Notes: generated by a model from the letters alone, not told the origin. A DNA stretch of 64,000 bases from an uncultured delta proteobacterium (GCA_963848295.1 CAWKDB010000010.1:3168001-3232000), one strand, 5' to 3'; shown: positions 10,542 through 21,325, counted from the stretch's first letter. Translations and numbers: made by a program.

Positions 10542-11927
10542 ATGCACGAGGAGCTCGAAACCGATTATCTGGTCGTCGGGGCCGGCGCCGCGGGGATGGC
10601 GTTCAGCGACGCGCTCCTCACGCACTCCGATGCGACCGTCAGCATCGTGGACCGCCGCCACGCACCGGGTGGCCATTGGATCGACGCGTATCCGTTCGTG
10701 CGGCTTCACCAGCCGTCCGCGTTCTATGGCGTCGATTCGGTGCCGCTCGGGGAGGGCTCCATCGACGCGACCGGGACGAACGCGAGCTTCTACGAGCTCG
10801 CCGGCGGGGACGAGCTTCGCGCCTACTACGAGCGGGTCATGCACCGTCACTTCCTGCCGACCGGACGGGTCCGGTATTTCCCGTGCTGCGATTACATGGG
10901 TGAGCATCGGTTCGTCTCGCGGCTCACCGGCGACTCCAAGCACGTGCGGGTACGCCGAAAGCTGGTCGACACGACGTACATCGAGGGCGCGATCCCGGCC
11001 ACGAGCCCCGCGCCATTCGCGATCGCCGACGGCGTTCGCTGCGTGACCCCGGGCGAGCTCCCCCGCCTCGAGCACGCCGCCGGGCGGTTCGTGATCATCG
11101 GCGGCGGTAAGACCGCGCTCGATGCGTGTATCTGGCTCCTCGAGCGAGGTGTCCCCGCCTCGTCGATTCGCTGCGTCCGGCCGCGCGAGGCGTGGTGGAT
11201 GAACCGCAAGTTCCAGCAGCCGGACACCCTGCTTCCCGACCTGTTGCAGGGCACCGCGATCCAGCTCGAGGCCATGGCTCGAGCCGGCTCGGTCGAGGAG
11301 CTGTTCGCACAACTCGAAGCGGAAGGCGTGTTTCTCCGGATCGATCCAACGATCGAGCCGACGATGCTTCACGGAGCGATCCTGAGCGAAGCCGAGGTTC
11401 ATCTCCTGCGCCAGATCGAAGGTGTCGTTCGCATGGGTCACGTACGCCGGATCGAGCGCGACCAGATCGTCCTCGACCAAGGCCGCGTGCCGACCGACGA
11501 GCAGACCGTTCACGTTCACTGCGCGGCGCGCGGGCTATCGCGCCCGGCGCGCCGTCCGATCTTCGAGCCCGATCGCGTGACGATCCAACCGTTCTTCTGG
11601 GGCTTCGTCTGCTATCAGTTCGCGATGCTCGGGGTGATCGAGGCCACGATCGAAGGCCTCGACCAGAAAAATGCGCTGTGCTCGCCGATCGCGTACTGGG
11701 ACGAGCGCGGCGATTACCTGACCGCGTTCCTCGCGATGATGGGCGCGACGACCGCGATCGCGGCGCACCCGGCCCTCGCGCGGTGGAACAAGACGAGCCG
11801 CCTGAACCCGATCGGCGGGTTGTCCGCTCACCGAGACGATCCGCGCGTCATCGCGACCCGAGAGCGGGTCAAGCGCTTCGGCTTTCCGGCGGCGATGAAC
11901 CTACGAAAGCTCGCCGCGAAGTCCTAG
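10542..11927 (+). CDS. FAD/NAD(P)-dependent oxidoreductase
   Basis: DYLVVGAGAAG FAD motif, PGGHW, second Rossmann motif IIGGGKTA. Confidence 0.88.
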   Translation: MHEELETDYLVVGAGAAGMAFSDALLTHSDATVSIVDRRHAPGGHWIDAYPFVRLHQPSAFYGVDSVPLGEGSIDATGTNASFYELAGGDELRAYYERVMHRHFLPTGRVRYFPCCDYMGEHRFVSRLTGDSKHVRVRRKLVDTTYIEGAIPATSPAPFAIADGVRCVTPGELPRLEHAAGRFVIIGGGKTALDACIWLLERGVPASSIRCVRPREAWWMNRKFQQPDTLLPDLLQGTAIQLEAMARAGSVEELFAQLEAEGVFLRIDPTIEPTMLHGAILSEAEVHLLRQIEGVVRMGHVRRIERDQIVLDQGRVPTDEQTVHVHCAARGLSRPARRPIFEPDRVTIQPFFWGFVCYQFAMLGVIEATIEGLDQKNALCSPIAYWDERGDYLTAFLAMMGATTAIAAHPALARWNKTSRLNPIGGLSAHRDDPRVIATRERVKRFGFPAAMNLRKLAAKS

Positions 11928-11952
11928 CGCCGCCGGGTCGCGCGCCTCGCGG

Positions 11953-13524
11953 CTAATCGACCGGCGAGAGCGCCGTGGCTTTCGGCAGCGGCGACGGCTC
12001 CTCGGTCGCGAGCATGCGGCGAATCGCCGGGGCGACCGCGAACAGCGCACCACCGACGACGAGCGACGCGATGATCATCGTCCAGAACAGGGTCTCGTGG
12101 CCCCACTTCGCCGAGAACCCCGCCGCCTGCCCGGCCAGGAAGTTGCCGATCGCGGTCGCGAGGAACCACGTGCCCATCACCATCCCCGCGAGCCGCTTCG
12201 GGGCCAGCCGCGACATCGAGGACAAGCCGACCGGCGAGATGCACAGCTCGGAGCACGTGAAGAAGAAGTACACGGCGATCAAGTAGCCGCCGGACACCCG
12301 CTGGTGTTGGCTCTCGGCCGCCAACGTCGGGAGCAGCACGGCGAACGCGACCGCGATCAGCGCGAGGCCGATGCCGAACTTGTTGACGCTCGACGGTTCG
12401 CGCCCGCGACGCCCGAGCGCCATCCATAGCCACGCGGCCGCGCCCGCCATGAGGATGATGAACACCGAGTTGACCGACTGGTAATAGCTGGCGTCGAAGG
12501 TCACCCCGAACAACGTCGGAGACGTGTTGCGCTCGGCGAACAGGTTGAGCGTCGAGCTCGCCTGCTCGAAGATCCCGAAGAAGATGATCCCGCCGACGAA
12601 CAACGGGATCATCGCGATCACGCGTTTGCGCTCGCCCGAGTCGCGCGCGTTGAAGTACAGCCCGAAGAACAGCCCGAGCGTGATCACGAGCAGCAGGATC
12701 GGGAACCCGATGCTGACGATGGTCTCGATGTGGTCGTAGAACACGCCGCACAGCACGACGATCGCGACGAGGGCGAGGATGATCGCGGTCAGGATGCCGC
12801 GATCGCGGGCCGCCACCTTCGGGTCGCTCGGCACGGTCGGATGCAGTCCGGCCTCGCCCATCCGGGCCTGACCGGCGACGTATTGCACGAGCCCCGCGAT
12901 CATGCCGACGGCGACCGCAGCGAACGCGAAGTTCCACGAGTAGGTCGGCGAGATGCCGTGGTCCGAGAGGAAGTCGCGGAAGGTCTGGCTACGGGCGAGG
13001 AACCCGCACACGAACGGAGCTCCGAACGCACCGATGTTGATGCCCATGTAATAGATCGTGAAACCCGCTTCGCGCCGCGGATCCTCGGGTGTGTAGAGCT
13101 GACCGACGATCGTCGACACGTTCGGTTTCAAAAATCCCGTACCCAACGCCATCACGGCGAGGCCCGGGTAGAACCAACCGGCGAAGGGCAGCGCGAGCAT
13201 GATGTTCGCGATCACGATCGCGATGCCTCCGTAGGTCACCGACTTACGCTGGCCGAGGAACCGATCGGCGATCCAGCCGCCGGGCAGCGACAGCAGATAG
13301 ACCGACGACAAGTACAGGCCGATCACGAGCCCCGCGTTCGCATCCGGCATGCCGCGCGCCCCGAGGGCGACACTGTCGGTCATGTAGAAGATGAGGAACG
13401 CTCTCATCCCGTAGTACGAGAACCGTTCCCACATCTCGGTGAAGAACAGCGTCGACAGCCCGGCCGGGTGGCCGAAGAACGCGCGGTCCTTGTCGGCGGG
13501 GCCTCCAGAAGGCGATACAGCCAT
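11953..13524 (-). CDS. POT/PTR family proton-dependent oligopeptide transporter
   Basis: EMWERFSYYG (ExxER) signature, GGWIADR, KPNVST, YYMGINIG, ELCISPVGLS. Confidence 0.95.
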   Translation of the reverse strand: MAVSPSGGPADKDRAFFGHPAGLSTLFFTEMWERFSYYGMRAFLIFYMTDSVALGARGMPDANAGLVIGLYLSSVYLLSLPGGWIADRFLGQRKSVTYGGIAIVIANIMLALPFAGWFYPGLAVMALGTGFLKPNVSTIVGQLYTPEDPRREAGFTIYYMGINIGAFGAPFVCGFLARSQTFRDFLSDHGISPTYSWNFAFAAVAVGMIAGLVQYVAGQARMGEAGLHPTVPSDPKVAARDRGILTAIILALVAIVVLCGVFYDHIETIVSIGFPILLLVITLGLFFGLYFNARDSGERKRVIAMIPLFVGGIIFFGIFEQASSTLNLFAERNTSPTLFGVTFDASYYQSVNSVFIILMAGAAAWLWMALGRRGREPSSVNKFGIGLALIAVAFAVLLPTLAAESQHQRVSGGYLIAVYFFFTCSELCISPVGLSSMSRLAPKRLAGMVMGTWFLATAIGNFLAGQAAGFSAKWGHETLFWTMIIASLVVGGALFAVAPAIRRMLATEEPSPLPKATALSPVD

Positions 13525-13644
13525 GGCGGGCCACACTAGCTCAAACCGGCTGACGATGTGAGGCCCTCGCGCGTGTCGCAGACCGTCGCAGCCGCGACCT
13601 CAACTGGTGCTTGCAAACCGTCGAGGAATGGGAAAGATCCCGCC

Positions 13645-16455
13645 ATGTCGAAGTTCGTTCGCGCCGCAGCTGCGCTCGGTTTGTTCGCATGGGCCTCGTG
13701 TCTGGGTGCCGAGGAACCCAAGGTCACCTTCAGCAACGGTGGCGAGCACCGCGGCGTGATCGAGGCGAACGGACTGCGGTTCGTGATCATGCCCGATCAG
13801 TCGACCCAGCTCGCCGAGGTCGACGTTCGCTACGACGTCGGCGCGCGCGAGGATCCGCAGGGCAAGGCGGGCCTCGCCCACCTCGTCGAGCACTTGATGT
13901 TCCAGCCCCGCCCGGATGGTCCGGACACCGCACCGATGTTCCAGACGATCATCGCGCTCGCGACCGACTTCAACGCGTACACGAACTGGGACACGACGCA
14001 TTATCGGATGACGTCGCAGGCCGAGAACCTCGACGCGATGCTCAAGATCGAGGCCGAACGCATGTTCTACGCCGCGGACATCCCGGCCGCCGGTGACGTC
14101 GCAGCATTCGGCTGCTCGACCGTGCCAACTGCCGAGTTCGAGCGCGAGCGCGAAGTCGTGCGCAACGAGATCCGCGCCGGCTCGAGCGCCGACAACTACG
14201 TCGTGCAGCTGGTCGAGGCCGCGATGTATCCGCACGGGCACGCGTACGAACGCTTGGTCGGCGGCAACGACCAGCAGATCGCGAGCGCGTCGCTCAAAGA
14301 CGCTTGCGAGTTCATGCACAAGTACTACGCGCCGTCGCGCGCGACCGTCATCATCGCGGGCCACGTCGACTACGACGCCACGGTCAAGGCGGTCCAGAAA
14401 TGGTTCGGCCGCATCCCGAAGCGCGAGCCGGCGCCACGCATGGAGGTCAAGCCGTTCGTCGCACCGCACGGTCGGGTCGAGATCGAAGCGGACGTCGAGC
14501 GCCCGTCGGTGTGGATCGGGTGGGCGCTGCCGTCGGCGACCACGCCCGAGGGCGAAGCCGCGCAGTTCGGCATCGGTGGCGCGTTCGCTCGCGTCGCGGA
14601 GAAGGCGCAAGAATACAACTTCGCTTACAACGTCGAGCCGGCCGTACTCGGCGGTCAGCTCGCGCCGCTGTTCTTGATCCGGATCGAGCTCAAGGGCATG
14701 GACAAGCTCGACGAGGCGCTCGACTTCGCGCAGAAGGCGGCGAAGCAGGCGTATCGCGGCTATGACGGAGGCTCGTACGATCAGCTCAAGGAAGAGAAGA
14801 GCCGCGAGCAGGCGAGGTTCATCGAGGGGCTCGAACGGCTCTCCGATCGCACCGAGACGGTCGCCGACCTGATCCAGTTCAGGCCGCGGTTCGATTACAA
14901 CTCCGACAAGCAATACACGTTCGCCGAGCTCGACAAGATCAAGGCGTTCGACATCGCGACGGTCGGGTCGGCGGTGAAGAACGCGCTCGACTGGGACAAA
15001 GCGTCGATCGTGATCGTCAAGCCGAACGCGAACGGCATCAAGGGTGACACCCGGTCGAAGGTGAAGTACGCGGCGAAGTCCGACGCGGCGATGACCGATC
15101 CCCAGGTCGACCCGGCCGAGGCGCACCGCCCGGTCAAGATCTCGGCGAAGGACGACATCCTCGAGAAGGCGCAGCGGTTCACGATGGGCAACGGCATGAA
15201 CGTCGTGCTGCTCCAGGAAGACGCGATGCCGCTCGCCGCCGCGTATCTGATGTTCAACAATGTGGGCGAAGCGAGCACGCCGACGAACCCCGCGCTCGCG
15301 GCGGGCGCGTCGCAGTTCCTCCACCTGCCGAGCGACGCCGAGGCGTTTGCCGCGACCGGTATCAACGTCCGGTGCGGCTCCGACGATGACATGACGCTGT
15401 GCCGCACCCACGGCCTGAACATCTATCTCGACATCATGCTGAAGGGGCTCGAGCGCAAGATCACGGCCGGCGAGTACGAGCAAGACGCGATCGAGAAGTG
15501 GCAGAAGAGCGTCAAGGAGGACTGGAAGCTCAAGACCACCCAAGAGGAGAACGAGTACATCCGGCAGGCGATGACCGCGCTGTACGGGCCCGACCATCCG
15601 TACACGCGCACCGCGATCCTCACGCCCGATGCGGCGAACAAGATCCATCGCGATTCGCTCGATGCGTTCCGCAAGGAGCACTTCACCGCCGGCAACGCGA
15701 CGCTCGTGATCGTCGGCAAGTTCGATCCGAAGTACGCCGAGAAGCTCGCACGCGACACGTTCGGCGGCTGGAGCAAGGGTACGGTCGACAAGCCGGTCGA
15801 CCCCAAGCCGTACAAGCGTACCGGGCCGGCCTACATCGGCGTGATCGAAGCGAAGGTGAACCAGCAAGTCACCGCGGTGATCGCGTACCCGGCGCCGGCG
15901 GGCGTCGACGGCCAGGAAGGGGCGCGCCGCGTGCTCGCCGAGATGCTCGACATCCGGTCGCAGAATGTCCGGTTCAAGCTCGGCTCGACCTACGGCCTGT
16001 ACATGTCGCGCCAAGCGAAGAAGGGCCCGACCGCGTACATGATGCGCGGCGGCGCGGTGCTCGGCGGCACGATGGATGCCGAGCGCGCGGGAGAATCGAT
16101 CAAGGCGTTGCGCGATGGCTTCGACGAGCTGCGCAAGGGCGACCACTTCGACGAGGACTTCGTACGCGCGCGCCGCACGATCCTCAGCCGCTTGCTCGCG
16201 GAGTCGACCGTGACCTCGGAGCTCGCGGGGCGGCTGGTCGCGATCGCGGAGTTCAACGCGCCGCCGAACTACTACCAGACGATGCTCCAGCAGGTCGCCG
16301 CGGTGTCGACCGCGCAGATCAAGATGCTGATCGAGCAAGAGCTCGACCCGAAGAACGAGGTCATCGTGTTGAAGGGCGACAAGGCTCACCTCGACAAGGC
16401 GTTCGCCGGCGCGGGCATCACCGACGTCAAGCTCGTCGAGCCCGAGTACAAATAG
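13645..16455 (+). CDS. M16 (insulinase/pitrilysin) family zinc peptidase, secreted
   Basis: GLAHLVEHLMF (HxxEH), NAYT, EREREVVRNE; second half is a repeat without the motif; signal peptide. Confidence 0.92.
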   Translation: MSKFVRAAAALGLFAWASCLGAEEPKVTFSNGGEHRGVIEANGLRFVIMPDQSTQLAEVDVRYDVGAREDPQGKAGLAHLVEHLMFQPRPDGPDTAPMFQTIIALATDFNAYTNWDTTHYRMTSQAENLDAMLKIEAERMFYAADIPAAGDVAAFGCSTVPTAEFEREREVVRNEIRAGSSADNYVVQLVEAAMYPHGHAYERLVGGNDQQIASASLKDACEFMHKYYAPSRATVIIAGHVDYDATVKAVQKWFGRIPKREPAPRMEVKPFVAPHGRVEIEADVERPSVWIGWALPSATTPEGEAAQFGIGGAFARVAEKAQEYNFAYNVEPAVLGGQLAPLFLIRIELKGMDKLDEALDFAQKAAKQAYRGYDGGSYDQLKEEKSREQARFIEGLERLSDRTETVADLIQFRPRFDYNSDKQYTFAELDKIKAFDIATVGSAVKNALDWDKASIVIVKPNANGIKGDTRSKVKYAAKSDAAMTDPQVDPAEAHRPVKISAKDDILEKAQRFTMGNGMNVVLLQEDAMPLAAAYLMFNNVGEASTPTNPALAAGASQFLHLPSDAEAFAATGINVRCGSDDDMTLCRTHGLNIYLDIMLKGLERKITAGEYEQDAIEKWQKSVKEDWKLKTTQEENEYIRQAMTALYGPDHPYTRTAILTPDAANKIHRDSLDAFRKEHFTAGNATLVIVGKFDPKYAEKLARDTFGGWSKGTVDKPVDPKPYKRTGPAYIGVIEAKVNQQVTAVIAYPAPAGVDGQEGARRVLAEMLDIRSQNVRFKLGSTYGLYMSRQAKKGPTAYMMRGGAVLGGTMDAERAGESIKALRDGFDELRKGDHFDEDFVRARRTILSRLLAESTVTSELAGRLVAIAEFNAPPNYYQTMLQQVAAVSTAQIKMLIEQELDPKNEVIVLKGDKAHLDKAFAGAGITDVKLVEPEYK

Positions 16456-16457
16456 CC

Positions 16458-17249
16458 CTACGGGCACGCGACAAAGATCGAGCCGACCTCGGCCGGGGAC
16501 AGCATGCGGCCGTAGAGCCTGACGTCCTCGATCGCGCCGGTCCATTGGTTCGCCGAGACCTCGGCGGCGCCGATCCGGCTGTTCTGGGCTTGCGTGCCGT
16601 AGCCGTCCGCCATCTCGGTGTCCTGCGCGACGCCGTCGAGATAGATCGCGAAGCTCGACACCGCGGTCGCGTCGACGCCGTCGAAGGTCGCAGCGACGTG
16701 GTGCCACGTTCCGGTCGATGGCAGCTGATTCGTCCGGATCGGGACGAAGTCCTCGGCCGAGCCCACGGACACGCCGAGATACGCGGTCTCGCTCGAGAAC
16801 AGCACGTGCCATGGCGTGGCACCGTCGCTGCGGATCATCATGATGTCCGGGGTGTCGGCGGAATAATTCAGGAGGTTCACCCACGCGCTGAACGAGAACG
16901 CCGCGGTCGTGGTCGCGAACACGGAGGTCCCCGAGATATCGACCTGATCGTCGATGCCATCGAATTGGATCGCGTGGTCGGTGCCCCTGCGACCCGCGAC
17001 CCACGTCGGCCCGTTGACGAGCGTGCCGCTGGCACCACCCGTCGAATCGTGGACGACGAGGCCGCTGCCTTCATCGAACATCCAGCGGGCCGATAGCCCG
17101 ACGAGCTGGTCGGCGCCTTGGCACCCGGGTGAGTCGATGACAGCGCCGGCGCCGGCCTCCAACGGCTGGCTGTCAGCTCGTGACGCGAAATCCAAGCGAC
17201 CACACGCGCAAGCGAGCACGGACGCTACGAGAGCTGCGCGATACGACAC
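16458..17249 (-). CDS. LamG-like jelly-roll domain lipoprotein
   Basis: Lipobox LACAC; WMFDEGSG, FSFSAWV, WHHVAATFDG, IYLDG, IEDVRLY. Confidence 0.85.
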   Translation of the reverse strand: MSYRAALVASVLACACGRLDFASRADSQPLEAGAGAVIDSPGCQGADQLVGLSARWMFDEGSGLVVHDSTGGASGTLVNGPTWVAGRRGTDHAIQFDGIDDQVDISGTSVFATTTAAFSFSAWVNLLNYSADTPDIMMIRSDGATPWHVLFSSETAYLGVSVGSAEDFVPIRTNQLPSTGTWHHVAATFDGVDATAVSSFAIYLDGVAQDTEMADGYGTQAQNSRIGAAEVSANQWTGAIEDVRLYGRMLSPAEVGSIFVACP

Positions 17250-17306
17250 CAGCTCCCATTCCAGTCCGCATCACAGCTCGCCGATCGATCCGAATCGGCT
17301 CGGCGG

Positions 17307-20045
17307 CTACTTCGCCCACTCGACGAGCTGCGCTTCGGAGTCCTTGCGCATCTTGATCCAATCGGGGCGCGGATCGTCCCCGATCGCGGCGATCACCTTG
17401 CGCATGGTCTCGCGCGCTTGGCGCTTTTCACCGGCGCGCCATTGCAGCTCGGCGAGCACGTTCCATGCATCGACGTAACCCTTCGGCGCGACCTGTGCGC
17501 TGTCGAGCTCGCCGAGCGCCTTGTCGATCTGAACGCGCGCCTCGGCAAAGCGTTCGAGCTCGCCGAGCGCTCCGCCGAGGTTGATCCGTTCGTTCGCGAT
17601 CTCGCTGCCGTCTCGGCCTGCCTTCTCGAGGATCTCGATCGCGCGCGTGTAGTGGACGACGGCGTCCGCGGTGTGGTTTTCCTCGCGATCGCAGCCGGCG
17701 AGGCCGTCCTCGATCGCCGAGAACGTCGGATGATCGGGCGGCAGCTTCGAGAGCTCGGACTGCGCCGCGAGGAACAGCTTGCGCGCGTCTCCGAACTTGC
17801 CGCGCTCCGCGGACAGGTCGCCGAGCGAGACGTCGATCATGCCGACCAGGTCGGAGTGCTCGCCGTACGCCGCCACGAAGATCCGCTTCGCGCGCTCGTA
17901 ATGCGAGCTCGCGTCGTCGAACCGATCGAGCTCGCGCTCTTGGTTCGCGAGGTCATTGAGCGAGCGGCCGACTTCGGGATCGTCGGGCCCGAGCTCGGCC
18001 TCTTCGATCGCGAGGCCACGGGCGAGCGCGACCCGGCCTTCTGCTTGGCGTTCTTGCGCCCCGAGCGCGGAGCCGAGCGCTCCGAGCGCCGACGCGAGCT
18101 GGATCCGGGCCTCGCGATCGCGTTGCGCGCGCGGCTCGAGCATCGCGATCGCCTTGTTGAACGCGACGATCGCCTCGGGCGTCTTGCCGAGTCGCGCCAG
18201 CACGTGCCCGCGCTCGATCGCGACGCGCTCTCCGCCGTCGAGCTTCGCGCGCGCGACGAGGGCATCGGCGGCGTCGACGACTCCGAGCGCGTCCTGCGCA
18301 TGACCTTGGTCGATCGCGATGATCACTTCGTCCATCATCGCGTCCAGCATCATCTTGTCATCGCCGGCGAGCGCGGCCTCGTGAGCGGCGCGCACGTCGC
18401 GGTCGTGAGCGAGGTCGTTGCGGCCCAGCTCGTTGTCGACCTTCGCGGCAGCGCGCAACGCGTGCGCGAGCGTCTCGGGATCGTCGGTCGCCTCGGCGTC
18501 GGCCAAGAGCTCCGCGAGCTTGGCGTCCGCGGCGCGCGGCCGACCGGAGCGGCCGAGCGCGGCGAGCTCGGCGATCCGAGCGCGCAGCGGCGCCGGGGTC
18601 TTGCCGATCGGCGGCGGGTGGACGACGCAGTCTTGAGGATGAGGGAGTGCCGAGATCGCCGGGATCATCGCGTCGACGACGTCGGCATCGGCATCGCTCC
18701 ACGCCGCGAGCTGAGCGCGCAGCTCGCCGAGCTCTTGATCGAGGCAAGCGAGCCGCGGACCGCGCATCGCCGGCTCGGCGCGACAGGCCGCGCGCCGCCC
18801 GAGGCGCCACTCCTCGGACCAGGTATCGAGCAGCTTGCCGCCGGTCTCGATCGCCGCGTCGCGATGAGGCGCGGCATGCGCGAACCGCTGCGCTTGTGCG
18901 CCGCGCACGTCCGGCGTCCACACCGCGTCGATCAGCGACACCCCGCGCTCGCAGTCATCGACCGGCGCCGACGAGCCGAACAGCACGATGCCGGCGACGG
19001 TCGCCGCGACGCCCGCACCGCCGAGCGCGAGCCACGGCCAGATCCGCCGCGGCGGATGCTCGATCGCGAAAACCAGGTCCGTGACGCTCGGCCAGCGACC
19101 GGCCGGGGCGACCGCCAAGCCCCGGCGCACGCGCTGATCGAGCCACGCCGGTACGTCGCCGCCGCCCGGGCGAATCCGACCGGCGGCCATCTCGCTCCAC
19201 ATCGCCTGCGCGGTCGTGCCGACGAACGGATGGCGACCGTGCAGTGCCTCGAACAGCGTGATCGCGAACGCGTATTGATCGCTGCGCGCGTCCGGCGGAT
19301 CGCCGTCGACGATCTCGGGCGCGAGATAGGCCGGCGTACCTGCGAGCCCGACCGTCGTCATCGTCAACGCCGCGCTGTACGCAGCGGTCCCAGGCTCGCC
19401 GAGCTCGGCGCTCGCGAGGCCAAAATCAGCGACGCGTGCGCGGCCGTCGCGATCGACGAGCACGTTATCCGGCTTGAAGTCGCGATGGACGAGCCCGGCG
19501 TCGTGCGCGGCGGAGAGCCCGCGACCGGCTTGCGCGAGCACCGCGACGACCTCGCGCCAGCGCCGAGGCCGGGCGCGCAGCCAGCGGGTCAACGTCTCGC
19601 CTTCGACCAGCTCCATCGCGAGGAACGGCACGCCGTCGACCTCGCCGACCTCGTGCACCGTGACGACGTTGGGATGCGACAGCTGGGCCGCCGACCGCGC
19701 CTCGCGCATCAGCCGCTTGTGCGCGACCGCCTCGGCACCGGCATGCAGCCGCTTGATCGCGATCGCGCGCCCGAGCTCGAGATCATCGGCGCGATAGACC
19801 GAGCCCATGCCGCCGCGGCCGATCCGCTCGCGAATCGCGTAGCGCCCGATCCGTTGCCCCGGCTCCCACGCCGGTGGCTCGCGGGTGGGGGTCTCCGGCG
19901 TCTCGCGGCGAACCAGCGCGGCGAGCAGCTGGCGGCACGAGCTGCAGCTGTCGACGTGCTCCTCGATCGTGGTGCGCTGATCGACCGGCATCGCGCCGGC
20001 CGCGAAGGCCAGGGCGCGCGGCTCGTCGAGGCACGGCGCGATCAT
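17307..20045 (-). CDS. Ser/Thr protein kinase with N-terminal zinc finger, TM segment and C-terminal TPR repeats
   Basis: HVDSCSSC (HxxxCxxC), GRGGMG, HRDFKPDN, DFG, GTPAYLAPE, TM helix, TPR-like repeats. Confidence 0.92.
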   Translation of the reverse strand: MIAPCLDEPRALAFAAGAMPVDQRTTIEEHVDSCSSCRQLLAALVRRETPETPTREPPAWEPGQRIGRYAIRERIGRGGMGSVYRADDLELGRAIAIKRLHAGAEAVAHKRLMREARSAAQLSHPNVVTVHEVGEVDGVPFLAMELVEGETLTRWLRARPRRWREVVAVLAQAGRGLSAAHDAGLVHRDFKPDNVLVDRDGRARVADFGLASAELGEPGTAAYSAALTMTTVGLAGTPAYLAPEIVDGDPPDARSDQYAFAITLFEALHGRHPFVGTTAQAMWSEMAAGRIRPGGGDVPAWLDQRVRRGLAVAPAGRWPSVTDLVFAIEHPPRRIWPWLALGGAGVAATVAGIVLFGSSAPVDDCERGVSLIDAVWTPDVRGAQAQRFAHAAPHRDAAIETGGKLLDTWSEEWRLGRRAACRAEPAMRGPRLACLDQELGELRAQLAAWSDADADVVDAMIPAISALPHPQDCVVHPPPIGKTPAPLRARIAELAALGRSGRPRAADAKLAELLADAEATDDPETLAHALRAAAKVDNELGRNDLAHDRDVRAAHEAALAGDDKMMLDAMMDEVIIAIDQGHAQDALGVVDAADALVARAKLDGGERVAIERGHVLARLGKTPEAIVAFNKAIAMLEPRAQRDREARIQLASALGALGSALGAQERQAEGRVALARGLAIEEAELGPDDPEVGRSLNDLANQERELDRFDDASSHYERAKRIFVAAYGEHSDLVGMIDVSLGDLSAERGKFGDARKLFLAAQSELSKLPPDHPTFSAIEDGLAGCDREENHTADAVVHYTRAIEILEKAGRDGSEIANERINLGGALGELERFAEARVQIDKALGELDSAQVAPKGYVDAWNVLAELQWRAGEKRQARETMRKVIAAIGDDPRPDWIKMRKDSEAQLVEWAK

Positions 20046-20106
20046 GGCCTTCACATAGCGAAAGCTCGCACCGAGGACAACCGCGAAGTGAGGTAGGGTC
20101 CCCGCC

Positions 20107-20988
20107 ATGGAACGGGTCGCCCGCGGGTTAGCTACGCGAACAGGGCAAACCCTCGCTCCCGAGGAGCTCGAAGCGCTCACCGAGCTGCTCACTCGCGCCC
20201 GGACCGAAGCCCTCGCGCGCTGGCCCGGCCTGCCCGATCCCGAGTCCGACTCGGTCGCCGACGCGATCGCCGCGCGGGTCGAAGGCGAGGCAGCGTTGGT
20301 CACCGCGGTCGGCCGGTTGGCGCTGTCCGATCTGTTCCTCGTCGCGGCTGGGCTCGCCGGCGATCGCATCGCACTCGATGCGATCGAACAGCTGACCCGG
20401 CGTGAAGCGAACCGCGCGGTCGCTCGGCTCGGCAACCGCGTCACTGCCGATGATGTCGCGCAAGAGCTGCTGCTGAAGCTGCTGGTCGCGACCGAGGAGC
20501 GCGGGCCGAGGCTCGCGGCGTTCGGCGGCCACGGGGCGATCGATGCGTGGCTGAAGGTCGCGGCGGTGCGCACCGCGATCAGCCTCGGCCGCCGCGAGCA
20601 CGAGGTCGCGGTCGAGGACGATGCGCTCGCGATCGTCGCCGACGACTCCGACGATCAAGCGCTCGCGTTCTTGAAGCTCAGCTATCGCGCGGAGTTCAAG
20701 GCCGCGTTCGCGGCGACCGTCGCCGAGCTGCCGCCGCGAGCTCGCACGCTGCTCCGGCTGCAAGTCGTCGATCAGCTCACGCTCGAAGAGGTCGGCGCGT
20801 TCTATCGCGTGTCGCGCGCGACCGCGGCACGCTGGCTCGCCGATGCGCGGGCGACGCTCGTCGCCGGCACGCAGGCGCGGCTGATCGCCGATCTCGCGAT
20901 CGATCGCGCCGAGCTATCGGAGCTGACTCGGCTCGTCGCGTCGACGCTGTACGCGACGCTGCCTCGCTTGCTGCGCACACGCGACTAG
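20107..20988 (+). CDS. ECF sigma-70 factor, myxobacterial type with N-terminal extension
   Basis: Region 2 (DDVAQE...AWLKVAAVR) and region 4 HTH (LTLEEVGAFYRVSRATAARWL); divergent from the kinase. Confidence 0.8.
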   Translation: MERVARGLATRTGQTLAPEELEALTELLTRARTEALARWPGLPDPESDSVADAIAARVEGEAALVTAVGRLALSDLFLVAAGLAGDRIALDAIEQLTRREANRAVARLGNRVTADDVAQELLLKLLVATEERGPRLAAFGGHGAIDAWLKVAAVRTAISLGRREHEVAVEDDALAIVADDSDDQALAFLKLSYRAEFKAAFAATVAELPPRARTLLRLQVVDQLTLEEVGAFYRVSRATAARWLADARATLVAGTQARLIADLAIDRAELSELTRLVASTLYATLPRLLRTRD

Positions 20989-20990
20989 CC

Positions 20991-21325
20991 TCGACCGGAG
21001 GTTGCGACGGACCCGACCGGAGGTTGCGACGGACCCGACCGGAGGTTGTCTCGTGCAGCCGCCGAAGACCGACCAGCGAAATCTCGCGCGTCGCGCCCGG
21101 TGCGACGGACCCGACCGGAGGTTGTCTCGTGCAGCCGCCGAAGACCGACCAGCGAAATCTCGCGCGTCGCGCCCGGTGATCCCGCTATGGCCTACGGCGT
21201 CAACCGACGCCGGCCTCCGGACCCGACCGGAGGTTGTGTCGTGCAGCCGCCGAAGACCGACCGGCGAATCTCGCGCGTCGCGCCCCGTGATCCCGCTATC
21301 GCCTACGGCATGAACCGACGCCGGG
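20991..21325 (+). repeat. Left repeat array of the Y1 transposase locus
   Basis: CGACCGGAGGTTG at 20992, 21014, 21036, 21112 and 21224 (spacings 22, 22, 76, 112); a ~55-bp block after the core recurs three times; hairpin CCTCCGG-ACCCGA-CCGGAGG at 21214-21233. Confidence 0.92.
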
